Below are positions 37,474 to 46,769 of a stretch of DNA of 64,000 bases, piece after piece. Both the position numbers and the translations under genes were made by a program. Each line of letters starts with the position of its first letter. Position 1 is the stretch's first letter. Origin of the DNA: Myxococcota bacterium (GTDB lineage: Bacteria > Myxococcota_C > UBA6777). The notes beneath the pieces were generated by a model. That model saw only the letters and a list, made by a program, of their open reading frames with translations. It was not told the origin of the DNA and ran no database searches. The stretch is taken from the NCBI GenBank assembly GCA_023150835.1, contig JAKLKB010000041.1, positions 810-64,809 of the forward strand. Direction: 5' to 3'.

Positions 37474-38907
37474 TCACCGACCCCGAAACAAACACCTCCC
37501 TCCGCCTCGACACACACACGCATAACAACTTGTCTGGTAAGTCGGAAAACATTTGCGCCCCGAAAAGCCCGCAGCATCCGCAGCACTGCGCGCACAAACA
37601 AAGTATGTCCCTTCTCGGGCATAACTCTTGGGCTGCGACAACATACAACGGCAAAAATAGTGGCTCAGTCCTTCCTCTCGCTTGGGAACCACGCTTGGGT
37701 CCATCGAAAATGTTTGTGGAAACAATGCCGGTAGATTCGGAGAGATCTTCTGGGCAACAAAGTTTGCTGAAAAATGGAAGCCATGCAACACATTGAGGAC
37801 AGCACTCCCTGCCTTCGTGGAAGACGAGATCACAAGATGCCCCCCGTAGGTCGGGACGATCCACACCCATCCATCCTTGCCGAACTTGTCTTTCCCAAAC
37901 ATCATCACAAGCACGTTGGCGTTGTTGAAATTGTACCATGCCGTCGTCGGCGTGTTGCCTGTGATCTTGCTGTACATTCCTTGGTAGTAGGTGGTGATGC
38001 GCTGAAGATCTTGTTGCGGAAAAGCCGAGCGTTTGATCGCGTGTGCAAGCATCACGTCACCTGAATCATGCGTGTACACCGACAAGTTCGCATTTTGCTG
38101 AGGCTGTTCTTGGCGAAACGCCCGAAACGAGGACGGGTAATAAAGCGTATAAAAGCCCAGTTCGATATGAGAGTGCGTCCCCTCCGCTCTCGTCGGCGTC
38201 GGACTCGGCGGCGTCGGACTCGTCGGCGGAAATGCAACAGGAGGCGTCGGACTCGGCTGTGGCGTGGGGACCGATGGAGTGGGGCTTGGTTGCGGAAACG
38301 CGCTAGGCTGGGCCGCTGCTGTGGAGAAGATGGCTGGAAGATTCGGCGAGTTGGGTTGGTTTGCAGCAACCGTAAGAAACACAAAGCGATGCAGCAACTG
38401 CAGGGCTGGACTTCCGGGGCGATTGGTTCCTGACAACACCAGATTTCCCCCATGTGTCGGGACGATCCACACCCATGTTTCTTTGTTCGATTGGTTTTTT
38501 CCAAAGGTCATCACATAAACATTGGCGCGATTGAAGACATAAAACCCCGTTGCAGGCGCATTTCCAGCACTTTTGCTGTACAGCGCTTGGTAGTGCGCAA
38601 CCACCCGTTGAAAGTCTTCTTCGGGAGAGGCCGTGCGTTTGATCGCATGAACGATCATCATGCTCCCTGATTTGTGCATATACGATGCTTCCACCATGTT
38701 CTTTTGCGGTTGTTCTAGGCGCGAAAAGAAAAATTCAGACGGATAAGAAAGCGTGTAAAAGCCCGCTTCGGAGTGAGACTGCGCATGAACCCACCCTCCC
38801 GCAAAACACATCCCAAGCACCACAAACAAACAGCCGCTCCAACGCACACAAACCCAAAGAAACAGATCCCAAATGTTTTTTCGCTGTTTCATGATCCTCG
38901 ATCCCAT
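37474..38907 (-). CDS. Secreted protein with an internally duplicated ~150-aa domain and Cys-rich tail
   Basis: GGAGG RBS; signal peptide ..VHA; two copies of SHxExGFYTLxYPS...AIKR...WVWIVPTxGG; Pro/Thr linker. Confidence 0.8.
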   Translation of the reverse strand: MGSRIMKQRKNIWDLFLWVCVRWSGCLFVVLGMCFAGGWVHAQSHSEAGFYTLSYPSEFFFSRLEQPQKNMVEASYMHKSGSMMIVHAIKRTASPEEDFQRVVAHYQALYSKSAGNAPATGFYVFNRANVYVMTFGKNQSNKETWVWIVPTHGGNLVLSGTNRPGSPALQLLHRFVFLTVAANQPNSPNLPAIFSTAAAQPSAFPQPSPTPSVPTPQPSPTPPVAFPPTSPTPPSPTPTRAEGTHSHIELGFYTLYYPSSFRAFRQEQPQQNANLSVYTHDSGDVMLAHAIKRSAFPQQDLQRITTYYQGMYSKITGNTPTTAWYNFNNANVLVMMFGKDKFGKDGWVWIVPTYGGHLVISSSTKAGSAVLNVLHGFHFSANFVAQKISPNLPALFPQTFSMDPSVVPKREEGLSHYFCRCMLSQPKSYAREGTYFVCARSAADAAGFSGRKCFPTYQTSCYACVCRGGGRCLFRGR

Positions 38908-39198
38908 CGTTGCAAAACCTCCCGTATGTAGGATGTTTGGGTGCTGCCTCAGCGACACCTTTTCTCTCGCCTCGTTTGAAGATGTGGGGGTTTTTGGTTA
39001 TGGCCTATTCGCCCGATCCCGTCAACTCCTGCCTTCTCTTCCATGTTCAGCCCATCCCTTGTGCGTTTGGAAACAACACACCGCTTAAACTCATCTTTTG
39101 CGTCACATCGATCTGCCAGAGATATCACGTTCTTGCTGCCGCATCGTCACACAAAACATGGCTTTTAAGGCGCGCCAAGCCCACGCCTTCGTCGCTGA

Positions 39199-39930
39199 CA
39201 AACGCGCTTCGATAGGCAAGACTCGAATCCCCAATCTCTTCGTCAGATGGCGGGCCTTGATGCGCGATGGTTGCGCGACCTCGCCAAACTGCCTCCCCAT
39301 GAACGAAAGCACCGCGCCAGCACTCTGCTCGCTCCCGTCCTACGCCGCCCGATGATCGCCGCCTACCTGCGATCACCCGTTCAACTCGTCGCTCTCGGCA
39401 TCAACTTCGAACAACGTGATCGACTCCTTCACACCGAAGACACCGACATGATCTCTTTTTTCATCGAACACGCAGGACGTGTCGCCGCCACTCATATCGA
39501 GACCAACTGGTTTGCTTGGTTGTTTATCGCGGGACATTATAACCACGAACGCCCAGATGCTGTACCGCCCTATCTACGGAAAGATCGATACGAACGCTCC
39601 TTCAAAGCCCCCACCCGCGTTCGCTTTCACAACGCCAATCTTTTCGATATCCTCGCTCGTGCCGAGAAACAGACTTGGTCTCATTACACCCTCTGCGATG
39701 CACCCGATTGGCTCAACCCCCACCTCCAACGCCGACTACTCGACGAGATCCATCGCACCAGCCGCGATGGAGGCATCGTCCTCGTCCGATCTGTCGAAGA
39801 TCAAACGATGGTCGAAAAGCTCCAAGATCACAAACGCTTTCAACTGATCAAAGATCGCTCTGCCATCGCTTCCCTTGAAGATCGCTCCCGTCAATACCGC
39901 CGCGTTCACTTTTACCGCATCGTGCATTAG
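39199..39930 (+). pseudogene. btaA: 5'-truncated BtaA (DUF3419; betaine lipid synthesis)
   Basis: TNWFAW, PPYLR, LCDAPDWL, VLVRS, DRSRQY match the BtaA C-half; in-frame TGA at 39196-39198; directly upstream of btaB. Confidence 0.7.
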
Positions 39931-39974
39931 AGTGATCGACCCATCTACGCACTCGAACCAAAGGATATCGCTCC

Positions 39975-40625
39975 ATGCACACACCTCAAGCTTCTCAGAC
40001 TCCCATCGACGCTGCACGCCAAGCCCATCGGCATTTTTTGAACCGATACTACGGCATCTCGCGGCATTTCTACGATCTGACTCGAAAAGCCTTTCTGTTT
40101 GGAAGAGACAGCCTTCTGACCGAACTTGCGCTCGACACCACATGGCGCTCTCTTGTCGAGATCGGCGTCGGAACAGGCCGAAACCTCCGCGTCTTGCATC
40201 ATCTCCGACCCGATGCAAAGTTCGGTGGCATCGACGCTTCCGACCAGATGCTACAACACGCACGCACCCGTTGCCCTTGGGCGACCTTTGCTCACGGATT
40301 CGCCGAAGATGTCGATTACCTCGCTGCCTTTGGCCAAGCCCCCGATCGGATCCTCTTCTCGTACTGCCTTTCGATGTTTCAAGATCCGCGCACCGCGCTC
40401 GAACATGCACGCCAACAGCTCGCTCCCTTCGGCAAGATCGCGATCGTGGACTTTGCGGATCTCGGCGGCCTTCCTCGGATCGCTCAAGAATCGCTGCGTC
40501 GGTGGCTCAGCCTGTTTCATGTCACCCCCCTCCAAACCTCCCTATTCGACGGCCTCCCTCACACCTTACGCTTTGGACCCACGCGCTACTATCTCTGCGC
40601 CACCCTCCCACGTGACGACCACTAA
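39975..40625 (+). CDS. btaB: SAM-dependent N-methyltransferase BtaB
   Basis: RHFYDLTRKAFLFGRD, EIGVGTGRNL, DRILFSYCLSM, WLSLFHVTP. Confidence 0.88.
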   Translation: MHTPQASQTPIDAARQAHRHFLNRYYGISRHFYDLTRKAFLFGRDSLLTELALDTTWRSLVEIGVGTGRNLRVLHHLRPDAKFGGIDASDQMLQHARTRCPWATFAHGFAEDVDYLAAFGQAPDRILFSYCLSMFQDPRTALEHARQQLAPFGKIAIVDFADLGGLPRIAQESLRRWLSLFHVTPLQTSLFDGLPHTLRFGPTRYYLCATLPRDDH

Positions 40626-40629
40626 TCTT

Positions 40630-40753
40630 TATACGAGATCCGCAAGGTGTGTGATCGGAAACAGGGTGGGGCAGCCCTGTGTGGCAGCCCAAGAGTCAGG
40701 CGGTTCGCAAACCGCACCTACATCTTATGATCACACACCCTGCGGATCTCATA
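40630..40753. repeat. ~124-bp REPIN/MITE-like element with terminal inverted repeats, copy 1
   Basis: tacgagatccgcaaggtgtgtgatc ... gatcacacaccctgcggatctc enclosing two REP-like palindromes. Confidence 0.85.
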
Positions 40754-40962
40754 GTGATCCTCGGAAAAGGCACTTCGATGTGCTTTTTGGGAGAAGTGAT
40801 CCTCGAAAAAGGCACTTCAATGTGCTTTTTGGGAGAAGTGATCCTCGAAAAAGGCACTTCAATGTGCTTTTTGGGAGAAGTGATCCTCGGAAAAGGCACT
40901 TCAATGTGCTTTTTGGGAGAAGTGATCCTCGAAAAAGGCACTTCAATGTGCTTTTGGGGAGA
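40753..40962. repeat. 5 x 42-bp tandem hairpin array
   Basis: agtgatcctcg(a/g)aaaaggcacttc(a/g)atgtgctttt(t/g)gggaga at 40753, 40795, 40837, 40879 and 40921. Confidence 0.95.
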
Positions 40963-40966
40963 GTTG

Positions 40967-41090
40967 TACGAGATCCGCAAGGTGTGTGATCGGAAACAGG
41001 GTGGGGCAGCCCTGTGTGGCAGCCCAAGTATCGGGCGGTTCGCGAACCGCCCCTACGTTATGCGATCACACACCCCGCAGATCTCGTATA
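40967..41090. repeat. ~124-bp REPIN/MITE-like element, copy 2
   Basis: Direct repeat of copy 1; contains gggcggttcgcgaaccgcccctac (a GTAG-type REP on the minus strand). Confidence 0.85.
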
Positions 41091-41320
41091 AACCCACAAC
41101 GCTGCTTGAACGATCGAGGACACGGGGTTTTTGTTCACAAGCCATTTGGCGAACCACCCATCCTCTCGATCACCACCTGCTTTTCTGCCTATGCCGCTTG
41201 AAAAATCGCACACGAGAAAACAAAGCGTGGTATACAGGCCCCGAATATCTTCCCGTTCGCGGCCCTTCGGCTTTTGGAGCATAACGATACGCCGCAGCGA
41301 TACAGGTAGGAGCGGCGCAG

Positions 41321-43504
41321 ATGCCAAGTTATCTCATCCGAACACACCGTGGTTTAGAAGCGGTCGTCAGCGAAGAAGTCCGTCGATTGGGCGGAGAGGT
41401 CCAAAAAGAACTCGCAGGAACCCTGATCATCGAAGCCGACGAAGAGGCGTTGTACCGTATCGCCTTGGAGATGCGAACCGCGCAACGCCTGTATCTTCGG
41501 CTGCATAGCTTTCGCTGGAAACACGAAGACGACCTCTATCTCGAAGCCCAAAAAGTCGACTGGGGCCTTCATCTCAAAGCCAGTGGTCGGCTGCGCTGCG
41601 AAGCATATCTCCACGAAAGTGCGATGCAAAACAGTCACTTCGCAGCTTTACGGCTCAAAGACGCGATCGTCGATCAATTTTCCGACGATCAAGGCCGTCG
41701 CCCCGACGTCGACCGCGACAATCCCGATATCCTTGTCGTCTTGCAAGCACGCCATCAAGAAGCCGAGATCCTTCTGGATCTTGGAGGTGGGCCGTTGCGC
41801 TCATTTCCAAGCTGGCAAGGGCAGCTTCACAAAGGACAAAGCTGGCAGCACGCCGCAGCGATGCTCTCACAGGCAGGATGGGCCGATATCTATCCTCACG
41901 GTGGAGCGGGGATCTTCTTGATCGAAGAAGCGTGGCCGCTTGCCGCAGAAGCCCTGCTCGAAGCGATCCACCTCACCCCCGGACTTTTGCGCGGAGAGAT
42001 GGGGCTGCCCCGATGGTTGGGATGCAACAAGCCCCGTTGGCGCAAAGCATGGGAAGAGGCCGAAGAACGGCATAAACAAGCCCTCGAATCGTGGGAACAC
42101 ACGATCCATGCCTATGGCACATCTCACGCGGGTGTTCGGGGCTTACGCGACTTTTTGCGCGATCTCCGTCTGTCCCCCTTTCTTCGGCCTCGCTTCCTCG
42201 AATGGCCCGATCTTTCGTCGATTCTCGAACCTCACACCGATGCCTCCATCCCGGGCTACTTCTGCGCAGAGTTCCCTGCCTACGAAGAACTCCATCTCGC
42301 ACAAGCCGTCCATCGGTACGCTTCTTTGGGCCAAGCCCTCAAACGCCACCTTCCCGGATGGAACGCCACGATCTACACCCCCCAACCTGATCTCGGCCAT
42401 CGTCTGAGCCTTCGCGCCCACAAAACACGACGCCACGCATGGCAAGAGGCCGAATACACCGCCCTTTCCATCACCATCCCCGCCCACACCGACGACGCGC
42501 AAAGCCAAGATCCCGCACCCACCTACGTTTGGCAACACCACGAAGGCGCACAGATGTTTGCCAACCGCTTGCGCAAAAATCTCGACGGCCTCAAAGGCTG
42601 GCGCAAACAGCAAGAGGTCACCTGTTATCGGGCTTATGACGCTGAGATGAACGAATACAACGCAGCCATCGACGTGTATGAAGATCACGCCATCATCCAA
42701 GAATACCAAGCCCCCTCCACCATAGACGCCCGCCGCGCCGAACAACGCCTGCACGATATCTTGCTCGTTGCTCCCGATATCCTCGATATCCCACGCGAAC
42801 ACATCTATTTCAAACAGCGCCGCAAACAAAAAGGCACAAACCAATACGAAAAACAGGCCGAAGAACAAGACTTTACCGAAGTCCGCGAAGGCGATCTGCG
42901 CTTTCTGGTCAACCTCACCGATTATCTCGATACCGGCTTGTTTTTGGATCACCGCACCGTCCGACGCTGGCTCCACAAAGAAGCCCAAGACAAGGACTTT
43001 TTGAATCTGTTTTGCTACACAGGCACCGCAACGGTCCATGCAGCCGCAGGCGGCGCACGCAGCACGTGCAGCGTCGACCTCTCCAAAACCTACCTGTTTT
43101 GGGCGCGTGAAAATATGAAGCACAATGGCTTTACACGCTCGAATCACCGCTACATCCAAGCCGACTGCTTGGTCTGGCTCGAACATACCGAAGAAACCTA
43201 CGATCTGATCTTCCTTGATCCACCGACCTTTTCGAACTCAAAGCGCATGGAACAAACCCTCGACGTCCAACGCGACCACATCGCACTGCTTCAACACGCG
43301 CTGCGTTTGTTGCGTCCCGACGGACTCTTGCTGTTTTCCACCAACAAACTCGATTTCCAACTCGACACCGACGCGCTTCAAGCCCTTGATACCACCGTCG
43401 AAGATGTCACCAAAGCCTCCATCCCACGAGACTTTCAGAGATCACCCAAGATCCACCGATGTTGGCGCATCCGACACGCCCACTCTTCGACACGTCGCAA
43501 ATAG
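41321..43504 (+). CDS. rlmKL: 23S rRNA methyltransferase RlmKL-like (RlmK half intact, RlmL half degenerate)
   Basis: THUMP (NSHFAALRLKDAIVDQF), MFANRLRKN, YRAYDAE, DYLDTGLFLDHR, LNLFCYTG, DPPTFSNSKRM. Confidence 0.93.
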   Translation: MPSYLIRTHRGLEAVVSEEVRRLGGEVQKELAGTLIIEADEEALYRIALEMRTAQRLYLRLHSFRWKHEDDLYLEAQKVDWGLHLKASGRLRCEAYLHESAMQNSHFAALRLKDAIVDQFSDDQGRRPDVDRDNPDILVVLQARHQEAEILLDLGGGPLRSFPSWQGQLHKGQSWQHAAAMLSQAGWADIYPHGGAGIFLIEEAWPLAAEALLEAIHLTPGLLRGEMGLPRWLGCNKPRWRKAWEEAEERHKQALESWEHTIHAYGTSHAGVRGLRDFLRDLRLSPFLRPRFLEWPDLSSILEPHTDASIPGYFCAEFPAYEELHLAQAVHRYASLGQALKRHLPGWNATIYTPQPDLGHRLSLRAHKTRRHAWQEAEYTALSITIPAHTDDAQSQDPAPTYVWQHHEGAQMFANRLRKNLDGLKGWRKQQEVTCYRAYDAEMNEYNAAIDVYEDHAIIQEYQAPSTIDARRAEQRLHDILLVAPDILDIPREHIYFKQRRKQKGTNQYEKQAEEQDFTEVREGDLRFLVNLTDYLDTGLFLDHRTVRRWLHKEAQDKDFLNLFCYTGTATVHAAAGGARSTCSVDLSKTYLFWARENMKHNGFTRSNHRYIQADCLVWLEHTEETYDLIFLDPPTFSNSKRMEQTLDVQRDHIALLQHALRLLRPDGLLLFSTNKLDFQLDTDALQALDTTVEDVTKASIPRDFQRSPKIHRCWRIRHAHSSTRRK

Positions 43505-43561
43505 CCTGATTTTTGTCGTCTTGTCCTGTTGTGTAGGATGGAGACGATAGAAGCGGATGCC

Positions 43562-44053
43562 CTAACTCTCCCATGATTCGCCAACTTGAGCTAAGGCATT
43601 TCGCAAAAAGGACTCTTCGAGATACAAACCTGCGCGGAGAATTTCTCGAAAAATGGGCGCAGCTTGCGGCACAACTCCTATCTTTTTAGCCAAGAGGATC
43701 AACCCGATCGTCCCAAGAACAGGCACGCCAAGAGCCTTGGCGCATTGCCTTGCTTTTGCATCGTCGAGTACGGCGATCCAACCCGCGTGTTCCAACACAA
43801 GGCTCAAGACAGAGGATTCGCCCACACCAAGCCCCCATTCAAGGATGGTTGTCGGGATGTTTGTCGAAGCACGTTGCCCCCATCCCGCAAAAACAGCTCG
43901 AAAGGCAGGATCGTTCGGTGGGCCTTGCAATATCTCCGATGCAACAGCATCGGGAAGCCAACACTCCGACGCCAACAACAGCGCAAGATCAAGCCTTCCG
44001 ATCTTTGCGAGAATGATCGTTGGTGACGCATCGAACACCAAAATGCGGCTCAA
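43562..44053 (-). CDS. DUF3368 / PIN-like putative toxin
   Basis: VFDASPTI, PDAVASEI, LGVGESSVL, LDDAKARQCAKALG..VLGTIGLILLAK. Confidence 0.88.
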   Translation of the reverse strand: MSRILVFDASPTIILAKIGRLDLALLLASECWLPDAVASEILQGPPNDPAFRAVFAGWGQRASTNIPTTILEWGLGVGESSVLSLVLEHAGWIAVLDDAKARQCAKALGVPVLGTIGLILLAKKIGVVPQAAPIFREILRAGLYLEESFLRNALAQVGESWES

Positions 44054-44298
44054 AGACAGAGTTCCTTCGCGATGTCTTCTTCGTTGACTTGGAAAGGCGA
44101 TACCTGAAAACGCCTCAACGCCTCAAGAAAAGCACTCCGAGAGAGTCCTGCGATCTCCGCAGCCCGTTCTTGCGAGATATTCTTCATCTCATACCATTTG
44201 ACCGCAGCAGCCAAGCGCAATTCTTGACGGAAGCCTTCGGGATCTTCGCGCAGCGTTCCTAGCACGCTTTCAGGGAAATCAATTGTGATGTGTACCAT
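44050..44298 (-). CDS. UPF0175 family putative antitoxin
   Basis: ELRLAAAVKWYE..ISQERAAEIAGLSRSAFLEAL; overlaps the DUF3368 start by 4 nt. Confidence 0.9.
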   Translation of the reverse strand: MVHITIDFPESVLGTLREDPEGFRQELRLAAAVKWYEMKNISQERAAEIAGLSRSAFLEALRRFQVSPFQVNEEDIAKELCL

Positions 44299-44565
44299 TT
44301 ATTTATCCTCCAAATCTGCTCCACCAAGAAGCCGATCGATGCGCTACCGCGCTTGGGTTGCTGTGGTGGTGCTCCTCTTTGCTCATTGCCCGCATACGGA
44401 CCGATTTATCTCATTTCTCTAGGTCCTTGTCCAACCTATCCCGCTCGGTGGCGGGGTGTGGGGTGGAATCCCGCAACAACAAAGATCCCCTCACAAAAAG
44501 ATCGGGATTGTGGAAGAGTTGAAGGAGCGATGTGGCGGGGGAAGGCCGGGCGAAGGGGCTCTCGA

Positions 44566-45201
44566 TCAAGCGTGGAGATGTTCGCGGCGAAAGATGGAAT
44601 GGAGGGGGACGACTTGTGGATGGTTTTGGTCGAGGTCACAAAGATGTTCGTAGTGTTCCCACGCAAGGCTCCAATCTTTGCGTTGGAGGGCATAACGGCA
44701 CCACATCCGATAAAAGGCGATGGCTTCGGTGGTATGGAAGTTTTGTTGATCTGGCGAAAGCAGTTGTAGATGCCGTTTTTTGCCAAAGATCATCTCGAAT
44801 TCTTCGAACTGTTCGCGGCGCAGCAACATCTCACCATAAGCACAAACACCGAACAAATAATGCGGAAACAACTCGTATGTCTTGATCACCCAATAACGTT
44901 GAGAAGCGATGTCTCCGATGGCACCGTAGGCATGGGCCGTTGCATTGTAGATCTGAGGGACGTGAGGAAACTGTTCTCGCAAGGCTTCGAGACGGGGCAA
45001 GGCCGCTTCAGGATCAGACGAAACGCTCGACAGGACCGAGACGATCGCTTCGCGGGTTTCCAAAGGAAGCTGTTCAAATTCGTGATCGGGAGCGTCGTCA
45101 GAGATACGTGGGGACAGAAAAGCACGCGGACGACGCGCAACAGACGGGGCAAGGGTTCGAGTTCTTGTTCTTTTCTGGGCTCTTTTCGACAACATCGCCA
45201 A
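44566..45201 (-). CDS. Hypothetical TPR-like helical protein
   Basis: AAGGAG RBS; helical pairs (EQFPHVPQIYNATAHAY, ELFPHYLFG...YGEMLL). Confidence 0.65.
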   Translation of the reverse strand: MAMLSKRAQKRTRTRTLAPSVARRPRAFLSPRISDDAPDHEFEQLPLETREAIVSVLSSVSSDPEAALPRLEALREQFPHVPQIYNATAHAYGAIGDIASQRYWVIKTYELFPHYLFGVCAYGEMLLRREQFEEFEMIFGKKRHLQLLSPDQQNFHTTEAIAFYRMWCRYALQRKDWSLAWEHYEHLCDLDQNHPQVVPLHSIFRREHLHA

Positions 45202-45705
45202 CCCTCCTTGTGTTAGACGGACGATCTACTTGGCACCAAATACCTGACTCCTTTACGTTTCCATCGACACGGTGTGTTGTCGCAAACCCAAACACCCCCT
45301 ACAGCGGGGCTTGGTGCGACCACACAAACGCCAAACAGGAACAGAAGCAACGACAAGCAAGTGTCGTTTGAGGAACAAAAAACCATCGGACCATAAGTTA
45401 AGAACGCGGCAAGACCCAAAACGTTTCACTTCTGAAACAAGAAAACCATTGTCGCCCCTTTGCAGAGGCCGTACCACCCAGCGCAAAGGCATCTCTTGAG
45501 CCTAGAGCAAGAAGACTCCCCTCCCCGATGCCCAGCCCAGAGGTATGGCACAGATCCAAATCGATGGCAAGTTTTCTTTTCAAAGGTGTGACATCTCTGT
45601 CTGATCCGTCGTATGTGCCTGCCAAGATGTCGCACATCAAAAACGCCAACCGCCGAGAAGAACGAAACGAAACAAGCTGAGTCTAAGCAATCCATGCGGA
45701 CTTGC

Positions 45706-45733
45706 TTGACAGGTCGAGGCTTCTCTCTTTAAT
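45706..45733 (+). promoter_or_regulatory. Putative sigma70 promoter of the TRAP operon
   Basis: TTGACA-16 nt-TTTAAT. Confidence 0.55.
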
Positions 45734-45793
45734 GTGGGAGGCCGATGAGGAAGGCTTGTTGTGCGCTTGAGGCGGTTGGAGACGAGGGATCGG

Positions 45794-46726
45794 ATGAAAC
45801 GAAGTGGTGTGTTGTTGTGGGTGGTTGGGTTGGGTTGGATGATGACGGGCTGTACGTCTTTTTTGGTCAACTCGACCAAGCCCGTGATGGCGACGATGAT
45901 CATCAAGCCCGCATTTAAGACCTTTTTGCAAGAAGAAGATCTGGATCTGGCGAAAAGCGCGATTGGAGGGCAGATCAAACTGGCCGAGATCATGCGCGAA
46001 AATATGCCCGAAGATCCGGACTTGGCGTTGCTGTTGTGCCAAGGCTTCGCCAGCTACGGACAATTGTTCGAGGCGGATCGCGATCTGCTGAAGTTCAAGG
46101 GCGACGAAAAATCGGACAAAGAAGCCAAAGCGATGACGAGTCGGATCCGACGGTATGCCATACGTGGCCGCGCTTTTTGTTTGGAGATCCTCGAAAAGCG
46201 CTTCAAAGGCTTTACAGACGCAGCCCTCAAAGGCAGCGCGGATTTCAACAAGCTGCTCGAACAAGCGCGTCTGGAGGATGTGCCGTTTTTGTTTTGGCTT
46301 GGCTATGCGTGGGGATACGCTGTGATCAATGGCTTGACAGAGCCCGAGTTGGTGGCCCAAATCCCCCAAATCAAGGCCGTCATGGAGCGCGTCGTTCAAT
46401 TAAAAGAAGATTATTTTCATGGAGCGGGGCATCTGTTTTTGGGGACGCTGTACGCGCAATCCAAGATGTTTGGGGGCGATTTGACCAAAGCCGAGACGCA
46501 CTTTGACAAGGCCGAACAGTTTTCTCAAAAAAAGATGCTATTGTTGTACTACTTTAAGGCTCGGTTTTTTTCGGGGCAGAAGAACGATACGGCTGGTTGC
46601 AAAAAGATGATCAAAGATATCCAATCCACCGACTTGTCCATCGCCCCAGACCTCAAGTTGGTGAATCAGCTTGCCAAAAAGCAGGCCGAAGTCGCACAAA
46701 AACACATCGACGAGTTTTGCCCCTAA
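45794..46726 (+). CDS. tatT: TRAP transporter T-component lipoprotein (TatT/TP0956 family)
   Basis: Lipobox MTGC; EEDLDLAKSA, DVPFLFWLGYAWG, YFHGAGHLFLG..GGDLTKAETHF; first gene before dctP. Confidence 0.88.
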   Translation: MKRSGVLLWVVGLGWMMTGCTSFLVNSTKPVMATMIIKPAFKTFLQEEDLDLAKSAIGGQIKLAEIMRENMPEDPDLALLLCQGFASYGQLFEADRDLLKFKGDEKSDKEAKAMTSRIRRYAIRGRAFCLEILEKRFKGFTDAALKGSADFNKLLEQARLEDVPFLFWLGYAWGYAVINGLTEPELVAQIPQIKAVMERVVQLKEDYFHGAGHLFLGTLYAQSKMFGGDLTKAETHFDKAEQFSQKKMLLLYYFKARFFSGQKNDTAGCKKMIKDIQSTDLSIAPDLKLVNQLAKKQAEVAQKHIDEFCP

Positions 46727-46769
46727 CATCAAGTAAAAACAGATCAAAGATCGAGGAGGTTTTGAGTCC

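Noticed and set aside
40753-40962. CRISPR array
   Set aside because: The units are contiguous near-identical 42-mers with no unique spacers, and there are no cas genes.
40679-41284. ORFs with 14-aa repeats (40679..41284, 40696..40980, 40749..41027, tail of 40126..40989)
   Set aside because: By-products of a 42-bp repeat that is open in several frames.
45202-45700. Riboswitch or sRNA upstream of the TRAP operon
   Set aside because: Only scattered short hairpins; no recognisable aptamer consensus.
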